A stretch of 63,663 nt of DNA, filler included, from Klebsormidium nitens (lineage: Eukaryota; Plantae; Klebsormidiophyceae): NCBI GenBank assembly GCA_000708835.1. It is 7 parts of 7 records of this genome, joined end to end, with 100 filler letters (N's around TTAATTAATTAA, not from the genome) between each part and the next. Parts side by side here need not be neighbours in the genome. Positions count along the whole stretch, not along the records: positions 12,804 to 35,767 come from DF237402.1; positions 35,868 to 47,535 come from DF238118.1; 5 more parts are not named here. One strand, 5' to 3'. The position numbers and the translations under genes are program-made. Below the pieces are notes generated by a model that ran no database searches, was not told where the DNA came from, and saw nothing but the letters and a program-made list of their open reading frames with translations. The stretch's first letter is position 1. Each line of letters begins with the position of its first letter. Shown here piece after piece: positions 24,284 to 37,949 of this stretch.

Positions 24284-25967
24284 CTGCTTAACACGAGCCA
24301 GTCCCTGCAAGGGTAGGGGTCGGACACCATGTCACATTTCAGCGTCTTGAGAGCACAACACCAGGTTGTGTGTGGGCATCGACTGCTACAAGTTTCCCTC
24401 TTTCCCTAGACGCCATTTCAAAAGGAGGGTAAATAATTAAGGAACATGCAGAAAAGGTATGGTCGACTGCAATAACCATAGCTATGTTTTCTTGTATGAA
24501 AGCCTGAATCACTCACCATTGTTGTAAAAGGGAGCAATGTCTCGTTCACTGTCAGCACTTTTGCTGAGACGGACAATTGTCAGCTGACGTTGCGACAGCG
24601 AATCTGACGACTGAGCACCTTGCGATCGTTGAGTGCCGCTCAAGGTCGTAACTTCAGACAAAGCTCTGACGCATCCGAAGCAGGGAGTGGAATGATGTGC
24701 AGATGACTGCAATGCCACAAGCATACGCATGCAAAACGAGCTTGACCCAGATCATGCCGTTTACAAATCTACATACTAATCCAAAGTTGTATCACAGGGC
24801 CGCCAGCGCTGTTCATGTTTGCCTCATCCACCTGTGCGAATTGGCAGACACTGCTATCAAATTTAGGTTGATAGCCCTAGAAGTCGCATTGGTGAATCGA
24901 ATGTCAGTTTTCGGAAATATCATGTTGCCCGGTCAAAAGCCGCTGAATGCGTCTTCTGGTCTTCTGTGAATTCTCACTTAAAAGGAGCCCAAGTCACTCT
25001 GCAATACTACAAGAATGCAACTGTAGATCCTTCCAAATCAGATAGCGGCACACATTACCCGCGTTCAGTTGAAACATCGTCACTGTCGATGTCATGAATG
25101 CGGCTCAGAAAAATTCAGCCCCGAAACTCAGCGAATTGCAAGTCGGTCTCCGGCGAGATCACTTGTAATCCCATGTCGACATTTCGCGTGAACTTTTCAT
25201 GGCTCGGCTTCTGATCGTCGATACTAATTCAGATCCGTGTTTTGGATGGTCACGATGAAACAAGTTTCGAGATGTGCGCCGGCCGAAAGCGGTCGGGTGA
25301 TCCACGTAGACTCGGCCGGTTGCCAGCCTTTGAGGAATCCGCCGCACGCGGCCGGCCCCGCGACGGCGCGCTTCGATCAGCGAAATTCAGTTCTAGATAG
25401 GTTTTGTTATAGGCAGCTAATGTGCACGGCTTCAGACATTGTAATTACAGCTAGAATGTTGACTGTTGACCAAATCTTGCGAGCTGACTGCTGCTCGCTG
25501 ATGCCACTGTGGTCCACTAGTATGCTAAGGTGTTCAGGGGGTGTTCAGCTTTCTTCCTTCATGTGCAGCTGAATATTCTAATCAGCAGATTGTGCGCAGC
25601 GCAAATGCAATGACAGGCTTTCCGAAATTTCGGGCACAAGGGGTCCGAACCGAATCTCGTGCACAGCTGAGCGACTCGCGGAGTCTTCTGGCTTAACCAA
25701 ACGTATCGTTTTTCAATGTCTGAGCAATATTGTCTCAATTCGACCCCAATTCGACGCAGACCTGCATCCCCGCACATCAATATTGGTGACCTCTTTTAAC
25801 CTATCAAAATTGCCTTTACATCTTGGGGGGATCCCTACGAAACGAGCGCTAGGTTCCGTCAGGCTCTGGGCCGGCCGGGATCCATGTGGAAACAGGACCC
25901 TTCGGCTTCCATCCTTCCGATTCCAGCATTATAAAGCGTCCGTTACCCATTTCGTCAGCAAAGCTTC

Positions 25968-28900
25968 TCATGGTGTGGCCGTCTTGACGGCCGTCCCGTT
26001 GGTGCCCGTTCCGTTCCCGCCAGCCGCGGCGGGAGCGGCAGGCCCGGAAGCGGGAGCTTGTGCGGAACTCGCCAGCACGTTTGAGAAAGCCGGGCCGGAA
26101 ACGTTCCGGGGGGGTGCGATCGTCTCGTGCAGCTTGGGAAGGGAGGAGAACACCTGGGGGTTGACGCCGAAGGCTTGGCCCAGGATTCCGCTCGAGATGA
26201 CTGCAAGCGGAACACGAGAAGTTCGCTAGTGGTGGCGGCCCGGTGGCGGAACGGACATCCGTTCGGGCATCAGGGGATGATCGATTGTTGATTCATTCTC
26301 GAAAAATCCGAGCTCGTTCCAGTAGCCGACTTGAACCTCACAGTTTTTCAGTTGCGACTCACCTTCAACGAAGCCCGTTCACCTGACTGCTCATCATCAA
26401 AATCAATCGACCGGGAATTGGCGGTCAAAGTGAATCGCAATGAGCTGACGGTTATAACGAAGCACATATCAGGGACATTGATTCGACTTGGATCCCTTCA
26501 GACGGGGTTGGATACTAAATCTGCTCGCTCATAACTGCAACTTCCGTAGAGCGGTTCAACCTAAGACAGTCCTAGTCTTCACATGTTTCTTCAATGTTTC
26601 CTGCTAATCTGTTGGTTCCACGAGTAGAAAGATAAACCGAGCAGTTCGTAGCTACTGAACACGAGAGTCATATTTATTTCTCACCGTCGAACGACTCCTC
26701 AAGATCAACGGACTGGAGCTCGTCGCTCGTGGACCACACGATGAAGAGGGTGAAGTTGTCCGTGTTACCCGGAGGGTTGCGGATTGTGTGGGAATACCTG
26801 CCCACGAAAACAGAGAAGATTGCTATTTTGAAGGCGACAACGCTGTCGTCGCCTACAGAGATCCCTGACTGGATGAAATATAGCTCGACTTCATGTGTGT
26901 ATCGTGGGAAGTTGCGGGAACGCACGCACGGGAAGTTTTTGCCTTCGGTTTGAGAACACTCAGCCGCTTTTGGGCAAAAGATTCAGCTTCGTAACTCCTG
27001 CTATCTGAACGTTGTTAGATATTTGTGACTTGGAAGCGGTCACCAGTGGATTCAGCAAAAGAGTCAGCGATCGAACCAAGAGTCCTTTACGTGCTCCTGG
27101 AAACGGCTAATGTACGACAAAGCTGTACAATCTGAGCTGCCAAGGCAAAAGTACAATCTCGAAGCAGACAAGGTGACGCGCGCGCGCACCCGGTGGGGAA
27201 GAAGAAGAGGTTGCCTGGTACCGCGTCATAGCTGTACGTGTCAGCCCCGGTGGGTCCCACCGTCTGGATGGTTCCTTTTCCGCCCGTCACTGCAGCCGGA
27301 ACGAAATTCGAGCTTGAAAAAGTTGCTGGGAAAGCCCTGAAATAACAAAATTGTGCTGCCGGCGCCGGAAGTGAAGGCTCTGATCGGACGTACAATAAAG
27401 AAGCCAAGGAAAAGGTGTCAAAAAGGAAACCCAGAAGGATGGCGGTAAGGAAAAGCGTCATTTGCAGCCAGCTTTGTGCCAATTCGGGAAAACAAATGCT
27501 CATCTCCAATCAAGACTCCAATCGCTCTTACGAAGGACTCGAACGACACGTGAACATCAGATCCGACCGAGCAAGTAACATCTGAAACCATCCAAGAGCC
27601 GTCCCTCACCGTATGCGAACTCGTTCACCGTATGCCAGTGCGGTTCACGGACCCCCCCCGGAACCACGAGCAGGCTTCCGGCCGTGATGCCGGCATTTGT
27701 GTTGTGGAGGGTCTGGCTGAAAGCGGTCTGCTGGGCGGTCAAGTTTGCGGCCGTCGCGTTTGCGCGATAGCGCGCCCACTGCAAAGAAACAGGTGTTACG
27801 GCTTTCAGACTTGCTAGAAGGAGATGATTGAGCAATTTTGGATGGAGACCTGTTCTCATGGCTGGTGGTGTTGATGACGTCTCCCAACGCCAAACACTGC
27901 GCGCCTTGTTTTAGCAAGAAAGGGCTTTGTGGCTACTGTTTGCTCGAGAGTGCCGCAAACCCGGACGTATACATGGTAGACCGCCCTCAAGGGCGGTGGG
28001 GGCTTGCCTATTATGTGCCGCAGACGGCAGGAAATTATAAAGTGGAGTCGCGAGGAAAGTTCAAGGCGTCCAAGTATCTTTGAAGGACTCAACGGGGTCC
28101 AGATTTTCAAGGGATTTGTTGGATCCGAGCAGATTTTATTCAGGGTGTTTGAACCCAGAATTCCGTACAAACCCATGCGGTGCGTACTTCAAGTCGCTGC
28201 GCAGTGCATACCAGGTTACCAAGCTCTCGTCCTCCCGGGCACTTTGACGCATCTTTAACAGACTTTGGGTGCAATACTGAGGGAGTCGATCGCAGTTAAG
28301 GGTCTTTTGAATTTTAATTTGTGCACTCAATGACCGGCTTACGTCGTAGTGTCAGGCGCTTGGCAGAGGTACCAACTTATACGTGGCAGCTTCGCACAAG
28401 TTCGTGGTATTCGAAATCTTACCACGTGGCAGTTTTGCATGAACCGTGTTTGGAGAAATCGAGGGTGAACGTTACTTCGTTACGGTATTTTCCGTCGGCA
28501 CACTCGCGCTCGCGTTCGATGCGTATAGGTAGCAATAAATCACGAAGGCGCGCGGCACAGTCTGTCCTTGGCCCCCGCCCAGGTGTGGATCTTTAGGGGA
28601 ATTTTGCGTACGTTTTCGTATCGAAGCAGGGCCAAACGAGAAACTCGCCAGTCTCATACTTGTTATCTTCCGCAGAGCGGCGTCGTACAGCGTCGCCCGA
28701 AGAGCGGTTCCGTGAAAGCAATGGTTTTCATATTACTAAAAGTAATAGGCAAGCCAATATACGCCCTGTTCGGCTCCTATTGAACACCCTCGAATCGCAC
28801 ATGCGTTGCAGACCAACAAAAAATTTCATCGAACCGTTCAACACCACGGCGAGCTTGCAACAGCGGATGCTGCGAGGATTTGTGTTTGACTCCGATGGAC

Positions 28901-31282
28901 GTATGAGAGTCGAGAACATTCAAGGCCTTGGGAATCAAACTTGCCTGGATGACTCCCCCGGGATACGTGAAGTTTTGGGAGCCCTTGAGATTGTAGAAGT
29001 AGTTGCTCGCGTTGAGGTTGTCGGAGCTGACGATTGGGCCGTCCAGCGGGGATCCGATCTTGTTAGATCCGGCAGGTCCGGGCACCAGAGCCTGCCGGAA
29101 ACGGAACCGGAGCGGAAACACTGTTTGAGTTGAGTCGGCAGCTTCTCCGCACGAACTACTTATCAGCAATGAAGGGCTGAGGAATCTGTTCATCTGCGAA
29201 TTCTACCGTCTCGGGGTTGCTTCTTATTAAGTTTGACGTGGGCGGACAGTCTTTCATCAAAAGCAGAAGCTGCGTCCTTTGCGAACATAGGATCTTACCT
29301 TTGAACCGACGGCATAAGCGGGGAACTGAGCAAAGGTGGCGCTTTGGCCGCCTAAGATTTGGGCGGTGACTGATGGGTCTGACACTGCGAAGTTGACACC
29401 AAGCGAGCAGTTAGCGTTCACTCGGAGGTGCGAAGAAAGTTTATCGAGAAATCGAGGGCTGTCTGCTGGCGCATTCAATTGAAGAACGCAAATTTTCTTC
29501 CGTACAACGCTTTCAGGCACCTTGGGCAATCTTCGGTCATCCAATTTCCCCTTAGCGTCCAAACGTCGCACGGTGTGAGGCAATACCGCTGAAACTCTGT
29601 CCATGTGGGGACTTGCGGAGAATACCAAATTTGACTGCTTCAATTTGTCAACACGAGCCGCTCACAAAGTGGAATCGATTCATTCTAGCAGTGTCGACAA
29701 AGCGCGAAAGTTCGCCTCTGAAAAGGTTCTAGCGTCTTCTGAAATCAGGAGCTGATGGGTTGAAAGGGTCTGAAACTCTTCAGTTGTAGTTGAAATACTT
29801 ACAAAGCAACAGGTCGTCGAGCTGCAGGGTCTGAATCTGATCGACGGTGCTGAACGCGTTGAGGATGGTCAGGTTAGTCGAACCCGAGTTCCTGCAGGCG
29901 AAGAACCCAAAACATCAGATCGCACCTCGTCTCCTCTTTTGGTGCAGACCTCTATTATATCTGCTTTATTGCAAGAAGGTGCACATCCTCGAACTCATCC
30001 GTTGTCTCAAGGTTCAACAAGCCAAGATGGATACCTGGCCATATGTTACCTGCTATCCAGCTGACGGGCGAATTGAAGCACAATCCAGCTGCGGTGTTGC
30101 ATGTGAGCCTGGTTTCGTAACCAACCGGATTGGGTAACAAATGTGGGGAAGTGAACTGCACTCACGCGATGTAGTGGTTGTTCCCTTGGGGAAAGAAGAA
30201 GATCTGTCCCTGCTGGACCGCAAACTCCGCGGCGGGAAGAGTGCCCGGGCCAAAAGCCCCGACCTGCGAAAATTACCTTCGTCAAGTATTAGTGACGTGT
30301 CGGGTCCCTCGGAAGCTCAACTTCAGCCTGAGCATTGCTAAGTAGCAAAGTACAGCTGTACTTGCATAAGTCAAAATCGTGCCCCATGGAGTCGACTCGG
30401 TTCGACCACCCCAAAAAACCTTCTTTCCGAAAATTCAAGGAAAGCTCAAGATAGGACACGGAAAAAGGCTTGGCCCGAGCAGCTTCACACCAGATGTCTT
30501 TTCGTCTCTGCACCTTTAAGTCACGCTCAAGCAACGTGTCGCACGTTCCGGTCACCTGAGCCGTTCCGCTGAGGACGTAACCCAGTTCCGCGGTGTTGAA
30601 GTGCCAGTGTGGCTGGCGTAGGCCGCCGGGGGCGATCGTCAGAAGCGCCAGGGAGATGCCGCCCCAGGGCGCGGTTCGCATGTGGATCGAGTCGCCAAAC
30701 GCTTGCTGGAATCCGTCCAGGTAAGCGGAACCGTTCGAGCGGAAGCGGGCCCAGCGGAAGACGCCGAGGCCTGTACGTCAGATGATCCAGGGAAGGCACG
30801 GGTATGCAGAGCACATTGTTATTGTGTCCAGATGCGGGGCTCTAAATTCTCTGCTTTGATTGCCTCAATGTTGGAAGGCATTCGCACGGGAGAGGGTCAG
30901 AAGAAGCACTGCACTGCAGTTCTCATCTCTAGCTAGCTGAAAGAATCTGTTTTGAAATTTCTGCTAGGTCACTCTGGTTTAGTAAGACCCAGCCAGGACA
31001 ATCTTGGTTTACCACCCGAATGGTAGGACCCGGAGTGTCCTTGAACGATCCAGCTGCAAAAAGTTAGACTCAAAGAACCATGCGCAGCAACGTTGAGATA
31101 ATACGAGGAGCCTGGATGCGGGTCTCACCTGGGAAATTGTCACCCTTAGCGATAGGCGTGTTTGCCAGATCGATGAAGAACTGGTACTTGGGATCAATGC
31201 CAGGCGCGAGAGTGACTTGGGAGGAGACGACAGCCAAGGCACCCACAAGCAGTACGACGAGGAAAGCCGGGTGGAGAGCCAT
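25968..31282 (-). CDS. Secreted bicupin, oxalate decarboxylase (OxdC) family, about 10 exons
   Basis: Signal peptide MALHPAFLVVLLVGALAVVSS. Cupin 1: IAPGGLRQPHWHFNTAELGYVLSG (~30560-30640) and GQIFFFPQGNNHYI. Cupin 2: VVPGGVREPHWHTVNEFAY (~27610-27670), GNLFFFPTG and HTIRNP. C-terminus LGQAFGVNPQVFSSLPK followed by an Ala/Pro/Gly tail. Confidence 0.85.
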
Positions 31283-33680
31283 CGGAGGAGGTCGAAGTCC
31301 GTTCCGAAGCAGGCAAAACTTGCTGTAGACAGCAAGAATACTTCTGCAAGATCAATGGCGCGAGCAAGGCTCAGGGGCCCTGTTGAAGTGTGTTAGCGCT
31401 CAGCAAGAAACGAGAAAGTCCTTGAAAAATAAATCTCCGTGTAAGTAAAGGTTCAGGCTTGATCTTTATCTGATCAAGTGAGTGAGCAGAATTTCTCAGC
31501 AGAGTGTCCTGTCTTTGGTCCACCTGTAATTTTGCATGTTGACAGCGGGCAGCGCAAGCTCTGTTGAATTCACTTGATACTGTAGAAACAGATGCTGCAT
31601 TTACCTCACAGCTTGCGGTCCAAACGGTCTGAGCGTTGGGATGAACGGAGCTGCCCGCAATGAGGCGTCTGTTTGACGGATTTGAGGGCGCAATTTGTTT
31701 ATGTTGCTGCTCTGACCCACTTTGGGATTGAATAACCAGCGTATCAGCTAGCTGCTTTCGATGCATGGCAGTACATGCTCTATTAGGTCTTTAGAAGTGA
31801 AGCAGATATTTTTGACTCAAATACTGGACTGGCAGCTAAACAAGTTTAATGTAGTACTGGTCCGAACTGGTGCACAATCCCCAGAGAATTGGCATAGACT
31901 GTTGCAGAGTGTTGGTAAAATAGCTATTCATTACCATGTGCGAGGGTTGCGAAGGAGCCCTGTATATTTCCGGCAACTGACAGGCGTTCACTCTTGTTAG
32001 AGTGGGACTTTACAAGCTCAGCCAAATCACTCAGAATGAGCAGTGGGCAAGGTCAGGTGCAATCAACCTTAAAGTGTGTGGAGAGGAGTGTCAAAAGAAC
32101 GTCAGCAGTGAGCACAATCCTTCGACGAGGTTCATGTATCGTCAGCACATGTCTGACAAGGTTCAGTGCATGTTCAAGAGTCGGCCCCAGCGCGGGTGGT
32201 CGAGAGTTACTGTCGCCAATGATTGGAAGCGGTGTTCACCGGGCGATCGCTCTGATCTGGATACCCTACAAGGAACTCAACCGGGGACTCGATGGACTCG
32301 GACCGTCTTGTCACAGTGGTTCGCATACGGCGTGCGGTATTCGGGTACGACGCCCGTTAGTATGATCGCGCAAAGCTTATATCTCTTCGTCCGATGGTCC
32401 ACGTTTATAAGTTGCATCCGGAGTGGACATACGAATGCTGCATGTTGTCCCGCGCGGCAATCATGCAGTCGGGAACAACAGGCTTGATTTGGAGGTTTTC
32501 TCGCTTTTCACAGGTAGCAAGGTAGGAGGAAGGAGAGAAGGGCCACCAGTGTTCCAAATAAGACTGTAAGACCATCTTAATTTGGTCCCTCATATTCCCT
32601 TTCAAAATCTTAGGATCTTACGCTGAAGGTCACTTGCCAGCCCCACTGCTGTTAGCTCAGAATATACCCGCTTTGCATTCGCTGATGGCGTTCATTGGGT
32701 GTGCCGCTATGAGGAACACTCTTGAAATCTTGGCCCGGTGCCTAGACTTTTGAGCTTGACATGCATATGGTAGGCGGAGGTTGCAAAAATCCATGCACTC
32801 ATGCACGACTCAACATTTAGCCATACGAACCTACATGAAGCCTGTCTCGCGAGCGGCGCGCTTTACAGCTAGAGGAGGCCCCTATAATCACAGACCGCTA
32901 TTGTTTTACTGGATCACCATGATCATCCGGTCATTGCATGCGCCACCCATGCAACTGCGAGTAGATAGTCTTGTGGCTGTCGATGGAATTTGCTTGCCAG
33001 TGATTCAATGGCCTTTCAACTCGCCAATGAATTGGAGGCCGGCTAGTGGGCAGAGCTTTGAGCAGAATTGCGTGGTTTCAGGCGCGACGGTTGTTCATGT
33101 GACCCTGAGTCATATATCAGATACTTCTAATGACCACCCCCAGTTCAGAACGTTAAGCTGACAAAGGTGTACGTACGGATCGACATATCTACAAGCATGG
33201 TACATGAAAAGGACTGACTTCTTGAGCATCAGTGGGATCGATATCGCGCGCTTAATATGACAAACAACCAGTGACTGATTGACAAAGATGTCCAGCAAAC
33301 TTTAGGTACAATCGTCCGCGCACCACGTTGGCTTCAGCTAGCTCGAAAAACAAAAGTCGTAGTAATCCTTTGACTCTCCGACACAGATGGCCAGCTTCAT
33401 GATCTCTTGCGGGAGAGTATCCATCTTAACCAACTGCTAGTGAGCTAATGATGCTACAGTCTGTAACAAACATGAGCGCCAGTACTAACAATCCTGTGAG
33501 CTATAAAGCTAGTCCGTCTGTCAGCAACCGTCTACCGCCTATGCTGACAAATTTACTAGCTAACTAGCTACTCTAGCTAGATCCACGAATCACTACTTGA
33601 CATATATACAGCTGCCAAAATGTTATTACACACACGGTCCGACCATGTGTCACAATCTATATACAAGATGCCGAGCGCTC

Positions 33681-34878
33681 TCAAGGCACGACAGTCGGCC
33701 AAGGGCTTCTCAATTGATCTAGCAAGAACTCCACACGGCGAGGCATCTCGTTCCTGTAGACTTTTCCATGGTACGGACAAATTGTGGCAATGCTAGGCCT
33801 CGCACTATTGTGCAGAAAGTCTGACCATTGCCTCGCTGCCTCTCCGTCGTCCTCATTAACAGGGACGGGGGCTCTGCACATCGCATCTCGGCCGGGCTCA
33901 GAGCGATGCATCGGTGCGCCCACCGCACTATCTCCTGCGATGTTAAGGGCCATGTCAAAATATGAGCGGCTTGGTTGTTTGGAGATACACAAGGCGACAT
34001 GATCTGGCCAGACCGATCAAACCGTTTGAGACTACAATCGGCATGTAATTCGCTATCACGACCTTCGTCTTGTCCGGTGTGCTGCTTCAATCGCAAGGAC
34101 TCACCAACAAACAACGGAAGTTTCGATCTCGCTTCCACATAAATTTCTGGTCAAAGCAGTTGCAGGCCCTCAAGCTTCCAATCAAGGACTCCTGCTTGAG
34201 CTGCTTGTTGCAACAAAAGCAGAAGCCCACTGCAATACCCTGAATTTTGAAAACGGAGATACGTCACCTTAACTTTTTGACATTCTTAAACCCAGTCTAG
34301 GCTGTGTGCTTCGACTGGGGCATGGAAACAACCTCACCTGTGCATAGAACGCCCCCTGACCTGTCCAGGTAGTAATGCACGTGTCCCCGAGTGTGCCCCG
34401 GAAACTCCCAGGTCTCCACACCTAGTGCACTCAGGAGCGCACTCCCGATAGGATTGTCGTACACAAACCCGCTGACCTTGCCTTCCTCATGCTCTGCATC
34501 AGAGGGGTGCAGAAAGACAGGGGCTCGCGGAAAGGCTCGCTTGAAGTCCCTAAGGCCCTGCCCTTGTGGCTTGCCCGCCAACGCAATGTGGCGGTGCGTC
34601 AGAAGCAGCGCACTCAAGGTGCACTTCTCCTCCCTCAGGATGCTGTGTAACAAGGGGATGATGAACGGCGAGGTTGCATCAACTGCGACAGCCTGGCGCC
34701 CCAAAAGGAGAAGGTAGGCATTCGCGGTAAGGCCTAACAGGTTGTAAGCCATGGGGTCTTCCTGAGCGCAAGGGAGCCAGATCACTTCCGGGGCTATTTT
34801 CCTTGGCCGAAGATTGACAGTCAGAGCTGACCGGCCGGGAGTGGCAATGAGGTTCAGAAGACTCGGAGAGGGGGCCAT
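33681..34878 (-). CDS. Metallo-beta-lactamase-fold protein (two visible coding exons; start may lie upstream)
   Basis: Exon to 34338 and exon 33934-33681 join in phase (LCTG|DSAVG). Motifs NAYLL, AVDAT, LLLTHRH, FPGHTRGH, TGD and CPYHG are present. Confidence 0.85.
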
Positions 34879-35867
34879 GCCACCTGCTGCCCCATGGTGA
34901 CCTGTTTCTTTCTCTATCAACTCCTGATTCCTTCTTGCCAGTCTACCTTCCCGTGGTGGTGCACTTGAGGGAGGGGGCTCCTGAACGGCTCCCCTCGTCA
35001 CCAGAACCTTTCTGGAAGTAGTCGCTAACTCGCGCACTTCTTTACACCGCCCTTCTCAAAAAGTTACTGGAAGTCTATGCTGACTAATTTGGCCCCAAGC
35101 TAAAGAACTACATGACTGGGACTCTGATTTCCCCCAGCTTACTCGACACGTCACTGTATAAGATCTCACAGACTGATGACTCCAACATTTGCTCTGCTGG
35201 AGTGTGCGCTTCCATGCTGAAGACTGCCTCTTATTCTGAACTGACGCTATCTGCTGTCTCTTCAAGTCCAATCTGGGACAGCCTTGCAATTGAGCCAGCC
35301 CCTGGACAGCAGCCATATTGGTCAAACTCACTCAGTTCTGCATGATCTTACAGCACTCTGGTACCACCACAGACCCCTTGAAAGACTGATTGTTGTCTTG
35401 AGCTTCAGCAGTGCAGCGTAGACTTGACAGAACAGATCAGTCAGTGCATGCCATGCCCAGACCTTCATCAAGCTGGTAGCTGAGGCTGCTGATCGCCATG
35501 CAGAGCTGCCTCCATCTACTCACTTCTGCCACCATTTGCCAGCTCGTTTAGCAGCTGAAACAGCAGCTCGCTCCTGCGCCAACCCCTGTAGCAATGTCTC
35601 CATGCCCGTTTTCAACCCTGGCAGTCCCGTGTCACCTCCTCTCGTCTTCTTCCTTCGCCTTCAACTCAAAAGCAGTGGCGCCATCAAAGCATCACTTTGC
35701 AGGCTCTTTCAGCAGCGCTTCATCTGCGCTTGCACAAGCTGTTCTCCCAGTGTTGCCACGCGGCTGANNNNNNNNNNNNNNNNNNNNNNNNNNNNNNNNN
35801 NNNNNNNNNNNTTAATTAATTAANNNNNNNNNNNNNNNNNNNNNNNNNNNNNNNNNNNNNNNNNNNN

Positions 35868-35924
35868 TACATTGTGTGAACTTGATTGATTGAATATCAC
35901 TTCCAACAACGCTGTGTTTCAACA
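35868..35924 (+). mobile_element. 3' end of an LTR (family A), rest in gap
   Basis: Nearly identical to the end of the 37284-37638 LTR (...ATATCACTTCCAACAACGCTGTGTTTCAACA). Confidence 0.85.
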
Positions 35925-37283
35925 GCATACACGAATACACAAGAAGGCCCAGCAATTTCAAGCCGGCCAAAATACGGCCTAACTCTGCAATTCGTATCTC
36001 ATGACTTTTGGAGAAAGCAATGTTACCCGTGCATGTGCGGGGGAACCATGGTGCTATAGTTGATAGACAATTCCAATGATGCAGTTTGATAACGCCTATG
36101 ACATGAGCGCCTGCGGCACAACAACATGTCAGACAAGAAACTTGCTTTACTTTTGGGTTGAAAGCGTAAAATTTCTCACTCATCGACTGCTGTCGAAACT
36201 TTTGCAGCAATTCAGCGATATTAACGGTATCTACAACGCCCAATCCCTCCTGCAATTATGTACCGTTAATGTGCTCTAGTAGTTTTCAACTTTGCCCTAA
36301 TTTGCACAAAATTACTAGGGTTCTTCCTGGACGTATTTATAAGCGGCTATTCAGCTGGTTGGGAGTTCTAGACAACAAAAACCTCTGGATCCGGTCCAGT
36401 CGTATTCGGTCTCTACAAAAACATACAGTCAAAGTCGCTCTGGCCTTGCTCCCTGTCGTGCCGTCCAAACCTGCAATTGGAGACATTGGCTTCAGCTCTG
36501 TGGTCGGAGATAAACGGCTTCATTGAAAGTAGTCAATGCTATGTCCGTGCTATGTATACATGGGAACCGTTTGCAAGCATCTAAGCAATTCGGTGACGAA
36601 AATGAATGTATGATGACGTCACGAACAGGGAATCGTGAATACTTAGATGCATTTTTATCGCAGGATCAGGGAAATGATTGACCTGTAAGACAGATCTGAG
36701 CAACCTTGTGCCCACTTTTGGTTGCTCCCACGATTAACATCGGCATAGGCTCGGATCGTAGAAGACTCGACTTCCCTAAAGCAACGAGATTAAGCACTCA
36801 CCGTGATCTCAACCCCCGTACTTGTTAGCACCTTGTCGGTGCGTTTTCCCCCTGACCCGTTTTGCTGCCTACTGGTGCGCTTTCACCCCGGTTGCGGCCT
36901 GCTGCTGCTCTTCCCCCCTGTCCTGGGTTGTGGCAGCGTGGTTCGTTCCTGCCCCGTGCCCCCTGCTTTCCGCTTCTGGCTGCGCCGCCATATTAGTTGG
37001 TGGTCCCAATGCAATGTACGGCTCATCTCCTACAGCAGTGGAGATACAAGCAATAGTCGTGATGGGTTGGCAATGTACAGGTAGTTGGAATGGGTGAATA
37101 GCATTTTCGGCAGAGGAGGATGGGAGCTGGCAGCATTAGCGACAGCAATGGCTGGTGCCCAAGGTCTAGAATGCATGACACAGGCCATCGATGCGCGCCA
37201 CCCTCCGACTGCCTCTTCGCTAGAAATCCTCTGCCACTCTTACTCACCTACCAGCCCACGTGGATGTTCCGCTCCATCCTGCC

Positions 37284-37638
37284 TGTTGAGATACGGGCAT
37301 TTAGGGACCGAATCTCTGGGTGATTCTCTAGGGTTTTAGGATCACGACGTCGACGGCAATTCGATGGTAACTAGTAGTTACGGTTACACGGTTAAATGCG
37401 CGCGAGTTACAGCCTTACACCCGAATGACCTGGCGATAACCGTCGATATCGTGTAGGTTCGGTATTGGCCGTCGATGTACGGTATAGAGTGAAATTTTCG
37501 GGACTTACTAGGTGACGGTCCACTGAGCCTACGAGGCTAGAGTGTAGACCTTGAGATAGGCCGTGACTCCAAAAATCCATATTCATTGTGTGAACACGAT
37601 TGATTGAATATCACTTCCAACAATGCTGTGTTTCAACA
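37284..37638 (+). mobile_element. Solo LTR, family A (Copia-type)
   Basis: TGTTGAG...TTTCAACA termini and a near-perfect 5-bp TSD (CTGCC / CAGCC). It is homologous to 59219-59567. Confidence 0.85.
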
Positions 37639-37949
37639 CAGCCCTTCCAGCCCTTCCCGCCCCCCGTGAGCTTCTAGCGGGTTCTGTCGCCGGCCCACGC
37701 GCCTACTCCAACCACCCGAAACTTCCTTCCCGCCAAACTGTTCCTGTTTGTTTGTCTGAGCGCTCCTCTCGCCGAATCCTCTGCAGCCCAGTTGCGCGCC
37801 TCTCACCTCTGGACCCCGCTTCAAAGCCCTGCAGCCCACCCGAGCCTTCTGGGCTGCCTCTGCGACCACCCATGGCTTCCTCTCCCCCGCGCTTTCCCTC
37901 TCTAACCCCGCACCCACCGCCCTTGTCGCCCCCGCCGCCCCCGCCACCC

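Noticed and set aside
37300-37340. Telomere-like TTTAGGG / GGGTTTTAGG motifs (also near 59235-59272)
   Set aside because: They are isolated motifs inside LTR-A, not tandem telomeric arrays.
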